From: Candidatus Dormiibacterota bacterium
GTDB lineage: Bacteria; Chloroflexota; Dormibacteria; Aeolococcales; Aeolococcaceae
Direction of reading: 5' to 3'
DNA: 64,000 bases
Assembly: GCA_963697085.1 (NCBI GenBank)
Contig: CAVOMR010000003.1
Span: 62,611-126,610 of the forward strand
Positions 55,597-64,000 of this stretch are shown here, piece by piece. A program made the translations under genes and the position numbers. Within the stretch, counting starts at the first letter, position 1. Every line of letters starts with the position of its first letter. The notes under the pieces are model-generated. The model worked only from the letters and a program-made list of their open reading frames with translations. It ran no database searches and had not been told where the DNA came from.

Positions 55597-56225
55597 GGCT
55601 GCTTGCCCGCGCCAGGTTCGATGACCGTGGGCACGTCGACCGGGACCCCGAGCTCGCCGGGAAGTGGCGCGGTCTCGTGGTCGAGCTTCGTCTCCTCGGC
55701 CGCCCATGCGGTGCGCGGCCGGACTCCGGGCTCCATCTCCTCGCGCCCGGTCTGGTCGGCGCCCGCGCCGACCGGGCTCACGGGCCGGCGCGCCTGCGCA
55801 AGCCCGGGCCAGGACTCGAGCAGCTCGGCCTTGGTCACGACGGTCCGCTCGCGGCGATATTCGGCCAGCTCGAAGCGCGGGCCGAGGGTGATCGCCTCGG
55901 TCGGACACGCCTCGGCGCAGTAACCGCAGTAGATGCAGCGCATCAGGTTGATCTCGTATCGCTCCGCGTAGCGCTCACCGGGTGAGACCGGGTTCGCCGG
56001 ATCGTTCTCTGCGGCGAGAACGTAGATGCACCCGACCGGGCACGCGGCGGCGCACAGCTCACAGCCGATGCAGCGCTCGAGACCGTTGTCGTACCGGTGC
56101 AGGATGTGCCGGCCGCGGTGTCGCGGCGACACCGGCTTCTGCTCCTCGGGATACTGGATGGTGATCGGCTTCGTCCCCATCTTCTTGAGGGTGAACGTCA
56201 GCCCCTGCACCAGCTCCTTGATCAC
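55593..56225 (-). CDS. nuoI: NADH-quinone oxidoreductase subunit I
   Basis: Two 4Fe-4S motifs, CIGCELCAAACP and CIYCGYCAEACP. About 70 residues of C-terminal extension. Confidence 0.94.
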   Translation of the reverse strand: MIKELVQGLTFTLKKMGTKPITIQYPEEQKPVSPRHRGRHILHRYDNGLERCIGCELCAAACPVGCIYVLAAENDPANPVSPGERYAERYEINLMRCIYCGYCAEACPTEAITLGPRFELAEYRRERTVVTKAELLESWPGLAQARRPVSPVGAGADQTGREEMEPGVRPRTAWAAEETKLDHETAPLPGELGVPVDVPTVIEPGAGKQP

Positions 56226-56244
56226 GAGCGCACCGCCTTCACCG

Positions 56245-57248
<1,004 letters not shown>

Positions 57249-57252
<4 letters not shown>

Positions 57253-59187
57253 GCCACAGCCTCCGCGGTGAAGACGGCCCGTCCACCGTTCGCCGCAGTC
57301 GCGTACACGGGATGCGCCTCGCGCAGGGCGCGGTTCACGGCGAGGGGATCGCCGTTTCCCCAGTCCACGGCGCCCATCTCGACGGCGATCCCCGTGAGGA
57401 CCCGCGTCTCGACCGGCGTCGCGCTCGCGGGCGGCAACGCGGCGCGAATGCGCTGCACTCGCCCCTCGACGTTGGTGACGCTGCCCGCCTTCTCGAAGAT
57501 CGCGTGGCCGGGAATGAGGACCGTGGCGGATCGCGAGACGATGCCTGGGCGTGTGTCGATCGCGATGACGCAGGCAGCCTTGCGCAGCGCACGCGTCAGC
57601 AGGTCGGCGTCGGCCTCGAGCGCGGGATTCGGCCCGAGCACCAGCACGCCGCGCATCTCGCCCGCGGCGAGGGCCTCGAGGATCTGGCGGCCGTTCCTGC
57701 CGGGTTTCGCGACGGGCACGTAGCCGGGGCCGACGTTCGGCAGCACGCCGAGGTCCTTCGCACCGCGTCCGTTGACGCCGCGGGTGATCGTGAGACGGCG
57801 CACGGAGCCGAGACCCTTCGCGACGTCGGCGGCGTGCGTGCGGTTGGTCTCGTCGGCGATCAGACCGACCCGCGTCCCTCCCTTCGCCGCTGCGACGGCG
57901 TCGGCAACGGCGGCGTCGCTCGCGAGCCTGATGACGCGCGCGCCGTGCTTGCGCTCGGCCTTGTACAGCCGCAGCGTGAGGACCGGCGCCTGCTCCTCAG
58001 CCTCTTTCCCGAGCACCACCACGACGTCGCATTCCTCGATCTCGGCGATACCGAGCTCGTGCTCGGCCGCGGAGATGCCGTCGAAGGTGTCGAGCTGATG
58101 GTCGACGTGTGGCGTGCCGATCACCTGGCGCGCGAGACGCTCGAGCAGGAACAGCTCCTCGTTGGTGCTCGCAGCCGAGCCGAGCACGCCGATCGAACTC
58201 GGCGCCGTACTCCTCGGAGATCTCGCGCAGCCGGCGTCCCGCCTGGCTGATCGCGTCCTGCACCGAGATGTCGTGCGACTCGTCGTCGGTCGTGAGGACC
58301 GGCCGGCGCACCCGTTCCGACGTGTTCCACTTCGGAAAGCTGTAGCGGCCGCGGTCGCACAGCCACATGTCGTCCACCTGCGGGTTGTCGCGTGACGCGA
58401 AGCGCCGCACCTCGAAGTCCCGGCTGTCGACGTTGATGTTGCAGCCGTACGAGCATTCAGGGCAGACGCTCGCGGTGCGCTGCAGGTCCCACGGGCGCGA
58501 CACGAACCGATACTCGCGGTGCGTGAGCGCGCCGACAGGGCACACCTCGGGGAGGTTGCCCTGGAACTTCGACTGCAGCTGCTGGTCGTTGAACGTCGAG
58601 ACGAGCGTCTCGACACCGCGCTGCTGGAGCACGATCTCCTTCTCGCCCGTGATCTCGTCGTAGTAGCGCACGCAGCGCCAGCAGAGAATGCAACGCTCCT
58701 GGTCGAGCTCGATGTGCTGTGAGAGCGGGATCGCCTTCTTGAAGTGGACCTTCTCGGTGATCGGAAAGCGCGAGATGCCCGGCCCGTACCGGAAGGTGAA
58801 GTCCTGCAGGTCGCACTCGCCGCCGCGGTCGCACACCGGGCAGTCGAGTGGGTGGTTGAGCAGCAGGAACTCGAGCATCCCCTCACGCAGCTTGGTGACC
58901 TCCGGGATGTTGGTGCGGACCACCATCCCGTCGTTCGCGATCGTCGCGCACGCCGGCTGCGGCTTGGGGAACTTCTCGATGTTGACGAGACACATGCGGC
59001 ACACCGCCACCGGGTCCATCTTCGGATGCGCACAGTAGATGGGGATGTGGATGCCCAGCTCGGTTGCGGCGTCGAGCACCAATGTTCCTTTCGGGACACG
59101 GGTTTCCCGCCCGTCGATCGTGATGCCGACGCGGCCGTCGTCCAACTGCTCGGGCGCTGCGTTCGCCGTGTCCGCCACTGCGCTCAC
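57249..59187 (-). pseudogene. nuoG: NADH-quinone oxidoreductase subunit G, interrupted by an apparent frameshift near 58196-58203
   Basis: N-terminal Fe-S part (CRMCLV..., HPLDCPVCDRGGECDLQD, CILCWRCVRY) is in the frame of track ORF 57997-59289, up to ...LREISEEYGA. It continues as SSIGVLGSAASTNEELFLLERLARQ... in the frame of ORF 57249-59099. The span is 1939 nt, not a multiple of 3. The GTG 59187 start overlaps the nuoF stop. Confidence 0.85.
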
Positions 59188-60473
59188 GCCACCAGTGCCG
59201 GTGCCTGTGCCCTCACCGGGCACCGACCGGCGCCGCAGTGCGCTTCGAACTCGTCGCGGAAGCTCTTGTACGCCGACATCACGAACCATGTCGCGGTGTC
59301 ACCGAGCGGACAGAAGCAGCGCCCGTCCATGTTCGAGCAGATGTCGGCGAGGCTCGCAAGCTCAGCCGGCGTCGCGAGGCCCGCCTCGAGGCGGTGCATC
59401 AACTCCGACTCGAAGTACGTGCCCTCGCGACACGGGACGCACTTGCCGCACGACTCGTGCCGGTAGAAGTCGACGAGACGCATCGAGACGTCGACGAGGC
59501 ACGTCGTCTCGTCCATGAAGATCATGGCGCCCGCACCGAGGGACGACCCGGCCTCCTGCACGGCATTCATGTCGAGCGGGAGATCGACGTGCTGGGGCAG
59601 CAACACCTGCATCGATCCGCCGCCGGGCTGGAACGCTTTGAGCGACCGACCCTTCCACATCCCGCCGCACTCCTCCTCGAGCAGCTCGCGGATGGGGGTG
59701 CCGAGCTGCATCTCGTAGCTGCCCGGGCGGTTGATGTGGCCGCTGCAGCAGAACACCCGAGTCCCACTGCTCTTCTCGGTCCCGAGCGCCTTGAACCACT
59801 CACCACCACGCTGGACGATGTGCGGCATGTTGCAGAGCGTCTCGACGTTGTTCACAACCGTGGGCTGGCCATACAAGCCTTTGATCGCGGGGAACGGCGG
59901 CTTGAGTCGAGGCTGACCGCGAAGCCCCTCGAGCGAGTCGATGAGCGCCGTCTCCTCGCCGCAGATGTACGCACCCGCGCCGCCGTGCACGATCACCTCG
60001 CAGTCGAAGCCGCTGCCGAGGATGTTCCTGCCGATGTAGCCGGCGGCTCTCGCCTCCTCCACCGCGCGCTCGAGGAGCAGACGCTGATCGCGGTACTCGC
60101 CGCGGATGTAGATGAACGACGTGTTCACCTGGAGCGCGTACGACGCGATCAGCAGCCCTTCGACGAGCTGGTGCGGGCTCTCATCGATGAGATACCGGTC
60201 CTTGAAGCACCCAGGCTCGGACTCGTCCGCGTTGCAGCAGAGGTATCGCGGGAAGACGTCCTTGGGCAGGAACGACCACTTCATCCCCGTCGGGAACCCC
60301 GCTCCTCCCCGGCCGCGGATGTTGCTCGTCTTCACCTCGGCGCTCAGCGCCTCGGGGGTGAACTTCTTGAAGGCGTCGCGCAACCCCTGATACCCGCCGG
60401 TCTTCTCGTATCCCTTCAGGGTCTGCAGCGCCTCGGCGCCGAAGTCCTTGGTGAGCAGCTTGTACTCAGCCAT
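59184..60473 (-). CDS. nuoF: NADH-quinone oxidoreductase subunit F
   Basis: GRGGAGFPTGMKW (FMN/NADH site) and ESCGKCVPCREG (4Fe-4S). Confidence 0.96.
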   Translation of the reverse strand: MAEYKLLTKDFGAEALQTLKGYEKTGGYQGLRDAFKKFTPEALSAEVKTSNIRGRGGAGFPTGMKWSFLPKDVFPRYLCCNADESEPGCFKDRYLIDESPHQLVEGLLIASYALQVNTSFIYIRGEYRDQRLLLERAVEEARAAGYIGRNILGSGFDCEVIVHGGAGAYICGEETALIDSLEGLRGQPRLKPPFPAIKGLYGQPTVVNNVETLCNMPHIVQRGGEWFKALGTEKSSGTRVFCCSGHINRPGSYEMQLGTPIRELLEEECGGMWKGRSLKAFQPGGGSMQVLLPQHVDLPLDMNAVQEAGSSLGAGAMIFMDETTCLVDVSMRLVDFYRHESCGKCVPCREGTYFESELMHRLEAGLATPAELASLADICSNMDGRCFCPLGDTATWFVMSAYKSFRDEFEAHCGAGRCPVRAQAPALVA

Positions 60474-60509
60474 CAGGAAGCAATTCCGCCTGCCATTCGG
60501 TGCTGCATC

Positions 60510-61199
60510 CTACCCAGCGTCCTTGGCCGGGCGTCGCGCCCGGGGCTTCGTCGGCGACTTAGGAGGCGTCGCATCTGTGATCGTCGTTTGTGACTCCGCA
60601 ACGGTGGGCTCAGTTGGGGCGGGGCCCGTCGTCGCGGGGACCCCTCGCCGTCGCGCTTTTTGCGCGCCGGCGCTTCCCCCCGCGACGCCACCCGCCTCGT
60701 CTGCGTGCTCCCGATGCGGCGTCGGCGCCTCTCTCAGGGCTCCTAGAATCTGGTCGACCCTCGCGGGGGTGAGGTTCTCCTCGAAGCGGTGGTCCACCTG
60801 CATGGTGGGGGCGCCGCCGCAGCCGCCGAGACATTCGACGGTGCTGGACCACGTGAACTCGCCGTCAGCCGTCGTCTCGCCGGATTTGCATCCGAGGGAA
60901 CGCTCGAGGTGATCGACGATGTCGTCCGCGCCTCGCAGCGCGCACGACACGTTGATGCAGACGATGACCTCGTGGCGGCCGTGTGGGTGCTGGAAGTACA
61001 TGGAATAGAAGGTGGAGACCGCCTCGACCTCGCTCGGCGCCACCTTGAGAATCCCGGCGACCTCGCCCATCGCGTCGGGCGTGATCTGACCGAGCTCGTG
61101 CTGCACCGCCCAGAGGGCTGGGAGGATCGCGCTGCGCGGGCGCGGGTAGCGGTCGCGGGCCTGCTCGATCGCGGTCCGCGTCGCGGGAGCGAGGGTCAT
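60510..61199 (-). CDS. nuoE: NADH-quinone oxidoreductase subunit E
   Basis: ATG 61199 overlaps the nuoD stop (ATGA). 2Fe-2S Cys pattern CINVSCALRG...ECLGGCGGAP. Pro/Thr/Ala-rich C-terminal tail. Confidence 0.93.
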   Translation of the reverse strand: MTLAPATRTAIEQARDRYPRPRSAILPALWAVQHELGQITPDAMGEVAGILKVAPSEVEAVSTFYSMYFQHPHGRHEVIVCINVSCALRGADDIVDHLERSLGCKSGETTADGEFTWSSTVECLGGCGGAPTMQVDHRFEENLTPARVDQILGALREAPTPHREHADEAGGVAGGSAGAQKARRRGVPATTGPAPTEPTVAESQTTITDATPPKSPTKPRARRPAKDAG

Positions 61200-62488
61200 C
61201 TGTCGACGTCCCCGAGCGTGATGTCGATCGAGCCGATGACCGCGACGACGTCGGCGATCAGCTCGCCCCGGACCATGTGCGGCAGCGAGCTCAGATTGCT
61301 GAAGGATGGCGCACGCACCTTGCAACGGTAGGGCCGCGTGGACCCGTCGCTGACGAGGTAGAACCCGAGCTCGCCACGCGGCGATTCAACCGCCTGGTAG
61401 ACCTGCCCGGCCGGGACCCGCATGCCCTCGGTGACGAGCTTGAAATGATGGATGAGCGACTCCATGCTGGTGTTCAGCTCGTTGCGCGGAGGAAGCGCCA
61501 CACGACGGTCGGTGGTGTTGACCGGGCCGCCGGGAAGGTTCTCGAATGCCTGGGAGATGATCTTCAGTGACTCGCGCATCTCCTGCATGCGCACGAGGTA
61601 CCGGTCGTACACGTCACCGGTGCGTCCCACCGGAATGTCGAAGTCGAAGTGGTCGTAGGAGCTGTACGGCTGCGCCTTGCGCAGGTCGTAGGGCACGCCG
61701 CTGCCGCGGAGCACCGGACCCGTGGCGCCATATGCCATCGCGTCCTCGGGGCTCAGCCTGCCGAGCCCGATCGTCCGCTGCCTGAAGATCGGGTTCTTCG
61801 TGATCAGCAGCTCGTGCTCGTCGATGAGCTTTGGAAAGGTCTTGATGACGTCGCCGACCAGCGCGTAGAACTCGTCGGGCACGTCCGCCATGAGGCCGCC
61901 GACGCGGATGAACGAGGTGTGCATGCGCACGCCGCTCACGAGCTCGTTGATGTCGAGGAGCTTTTCCCGATCGCGCCACGCGTACATGAACGCGGAGGTC
62001 GCGCCGAGGTCGAGCCCGCCGGTACCCCACCACAGGAGGTGGCTCGCGATGCGGCAGAGCTCGCACATGATCACGCGCAGGTACTGGCCGCGCAGCGGCA
62101 CCTCGATCCCCAGCAGCCGCTCGACCGCAAGCGAGAACCCGAGGTTGTTGAAGAGCGGCGCGAGGTAGTCCATCCGATCCGTGTACGGGATGCACTGCTG
62201 ATAGGTGTGGCGCTCGAAGTCCTTCTCGAAGCCGGTGTGCAGGTAGCCGATGTCCGGCCGGCACTCGCGCACCACCTCGCCGTCCAGGTTGAGCACCAGG
62301 CGCAGCACCCCATGGGTCGATGGGTGCATCGGCCCCATGTTCAGCTCCATGGTGCTGTCCCCGATCTCCACCATGTCGATCGAATCGAGGCCGCGCTCAA
62401 TCCCCAGACGTTCCCGGCTCGCCTCGTACTGCTCGGAGAGTGGATCGAGGTCCGCGGTCGGCGTGCCGGGCGGTGGCATCGTGGTCAC
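61196..62488 (-). CDS. nuoD: NADH-quinone oxidoreductase subunit D
   Basis: MELNMGPMHPSTHGVLRL signature. GTG 62488 overlaps the nuoC stop (GTGA). ATG 62479 is the alternative. Confidence 0.94.
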   Translation of the reverse strand: MTTMPPPGTPTADLDPLSEQYEASRERLGIERGLDSIDMVEIGDSTMELNMGPMHPSTHGVLRLVLNLDGEVVRECRPDIGYLHTGFEKDFERHTYQQCIPYTDRMDYLAPLFNNLGFSLAVERLLGIEVPLRGQYLRVIMCELCRIASHLLWWGTGGLDLGATSAFMYAWRDREKLLDINELVSGVRMHTSFIRVGGLMADVPDEFYALVGDVIKTFPKLIDEHELLITKNPIFRQRTIGLGRLSPEDAMAYGATGPVLRGSGVPYDLRKAQPYSSYDHFDFDIPVGRTGDVYDRYLVRMQEMRESLKIISQAFENLPGGPVNTTDRRVALPPRNELNTSMESLIHHFKLVTEGMRVPAGQVYQAVESPRGELGFYLVSDGSTRPYRCKVRAPSFSNLSSLPHMVRGELIADVVAVIGSIDITLGDVDR

Positions 62489-63051
62489 CGCGACCCTCCC
62501 GGCATGTCGCGAGGACGCTCCTGTGCGGGAAGTGCCCATTCGAGGTTGTGGGTGAAGGCGATCGGCTCGCCGAAGGACGCGTAGTCCTTGCGCAGCGGAT
62601 GACCGTCCCAGTCGGTCGGGAGCAGGATCCGCTTCAGGTCATGGTGGCCCGTGAAAGTGATGCCCAGCAGGTCGTAGCACTCGCGCTCGTGCCAGTCCAT
62701 GCCGGCGAAGACGAGCTCGAGGGTGGGCACATTCGGATCGTCCTCGGTGACCTGGACGATCAGACGGCACGTGTCGTTGTGCTGCAGCGACCGCAGCTCA
62801 TAGACGACGTCGAACCGCGGCTCCTTCGGCTCCCGGTCGGGCCAGTCCACGGCGGTGACGAACACCGGCGTCGTATATGCCGCGTCGGGGTGATCGCGCA
62901 GGAGCGTGCACGCCGCGACGAGCGAGTCGCGTTCGACCCACACCGTCTCCTCGCCGAACCCCGCCTCGCGCCGGCGCACCGCGGCAGGAAGCTCCCGCTC
63001 GAGGAGGTCCGCTGCTCGCGCGCCGCTCATGGGCGATCCCACGGCGGTCAT
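62485..63051 (-). CDS. nuoC: NADH-quinone oxidoreductase subunit C
   Basis: 188 aa. ...WHERECYDLLGITFTGHHDLKRILLP... 30-kDa subunit block. Confidence 0.93.
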   Translation of the reverse strand: MTAVGSPMSGARAADLLERELPAAVRRREAGFGEETVWVERDSLVAACTLLRDHPDAAYTTPVFVTAVDWPDREPKEPRFDVVYELRSLQHNDTCRLIVQVTEDDPNVPTLELVFAGMDWHERECYDLLGITFTGHHDLKRILLPTDWDGHPLRKDYASFGEPIAFTHNLEWALPAQERPRDMPGGSR

Positions 63052-63055
63052 CGCG

Positions 63056-63637
63056 CTACCCGAGCAGCGAGCCGGGGAGTTCCCCGGCGATCTTTTTCTG
63101 CAGCTTCATGACCGCGTCGATCAGGCCCTCCGGACGCGGCGGGCACCCGGGGATGTAGACGTCCACGGGAACCACCTTGTCGACGCCCTGGACGATCGCG
63201 TAGTTGTTGAACATGCCGCCGCTCGAGGCGCACGCACCCATGCTGATCACCCACTTCGGTTCGGGCATCTGGTCGTAGATGTGGCGCAGCACCGGTGCCA
63301 TCTTCTGCGACACCCGGCCGGCGACGATCATGAGGTCGGCCTGGCGCGGCGACGCTCGGAAGACCTCCGCGCCAAAGCGCGACATGTCGTACCGCGACGC
63401 CGTGGAGCTCATCATCTCGATCGCGCAGCACGCGAGCCCGAAGAGCGCGGGCCAGAGCGAGCTGTACCGGCCCCACTGGATCACCTTGCCGAACGTGGTG
63501 GTCACGATCCCGCTCTGCACAGCCGTGCGCTCCGCGGCACCGGTTCGCGGCAGCGCGATCGTGCCCGCATCGGCGTCCGCGAACACGATCCGCCCGCCGG
63601 TCGTGCTCGGCATCGTCAGCTCGTTGCTCAGTCCCAT
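63056..63637 (-). CDS. nuoB: NADH-quinone oxidoreductase subunit B
   Basis: [21 protein letters not shown] and [10 protein letters not shown] cluster-N2 motifs. Start at ATG 63637 (MGLSNEL...), overlapping the nuoA end by 10 nt. Confidence 0.93.
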   Translation of the reverse strand: MGLSNELTMPSTTGGRIVFADADAGTIALPRTGAAERTAVQSGIVTTTFGKVIQWGRYSSLWPALFGLACCAIEMMSSTASRYDMSRFGAEVFRASPRQADLMIVAGRVSQKMAPVLRHIYDQMPEPKWVISMGACASSGGMFNNYAIVQGVDKVVPVDVYIPGCPPRPEGLIDAVMKLQKKIAGELPGSLLG

Positions 63638-63984
63638 CGCAGCGCTCCCTTGCGCCAGATATAGAGGAGACCGACCAGCAGCGTGGCGATGAAGATCCCC
63701 ATCTCGACGATGCCGAAGACCTTGAGCTCCCGAACGATCGTCGCCCACGGGAAGAGGAAGATCGATTCGACGTCGAAGATGATGAACAGCATCGCGGTCA
63801 CGTAGAAGCTGACCGAGAACCTCCGCCTGGCGCTCTCCCGCGGCACGATCCCCAACTCATATGGAAGATCCTTGGTCGACGAGGGACGCTTCGGGCCGAG
63901 CAGCGCGTTGAGCAGCTGTGCAAAGACAGCAAACGCCGCGCAGATACCGAAGAAGAAGAGGATCGGCGCGTAGTCCGACAGCAT
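63628..63984 (-). CDS. nuoA: NADH-quinone oxidoreductase subunit A
   Basis: 118 aa, 3 TM, ...YELGIVP...[12 protein letters not shown]. First gene of the operon. Confidence 0.93.
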   Translation of the reverse strand: MLSDYAPILFFFGICAAFAVFAQLLNALLGPKRPSSTKDLPYELGIVPRESARRRFSVSFYVTAMLFIIFDVESIFLFPWATIVRELKVFGIVEMGIFIATLLVGLLYIWRKGALRWD

Positions 63985-64000
63985 CGCGGGCGATCGTAAC

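Noticed and set aside
55593-55800. C-terminal extensions of NuoI (here) and NuoE (60510-60720) as possible novel domains
   Set aside because: Low-complexity Pro/Ala/Thr/Gly tails of this kind are common on actinobacterial NuoE/NuoI, so there is no evidence of a distinct domain.
59238-60593. 451-aa plus-strand ORF
   Set aside because: Antisense shadow of nuoF.

Overview
Densely coding, visibly high-GC (Actinobacteria-like) chromosomal segment. I found no rRNA, tRNA, CRISPR array, transposase, integrase or phage genes. Many adjacent genes are joined by ATGA/GTGA stop-start overlaps. From 1 to about 47 kb the content is stress/dormancy-flavoured. It holds a heterodimeric ABC exporter, four universal-stress-protein genes, a CBS-BON protein and an acyl-CoA ligase. 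It also holds an ABC-2 exporter followed by a HisKA_3 kinase, a receiver-only regulator and an Flp-type pilin. Further genes are a coupled AlkP-family / MBL-fold / DedA operon, aldehyde dehydrogenase + DUF779, and an SQR-like / TusE / DsrE / OsmC sulfur operon. Then come phosphoketolase + acetate kinase, an orphan split cytochrome b module, and a tetR-ABC operon. A DosR/DosS-like two-component pair, a GGDEF-EAL protein, a GNAT-ACS (Pat-like) acetyltransferase, PPK2 and a histidine phosphatase complete this part. From 49.7 to 64 kb lies a complete nuoA-N complex I operon on the minus strand, extended downstream by an FAD-domain gene and a ResB-like gene. The best novelty candidates, all unverified:
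1. A kinase-less, His-less HisKA_3 DHp mini-protein coupled to a membrane protein.
2. A split cytochrome b with a ~250-residue insert, an unannotated 51-codon micro-ORF, and no Rieske or cytochrome c partner.
3. Two ~760-bp direct repeats bracketing ppk2.
4. One ~310-residue polytopic sensor module shared by a histidine kinase and a GGDEF-EAL protein.
Three genes (receiver, tetR, nuoG) carry apparent frameshifts, which may be assembly indels. All family calls come from motifs read by eye; no searches were run.
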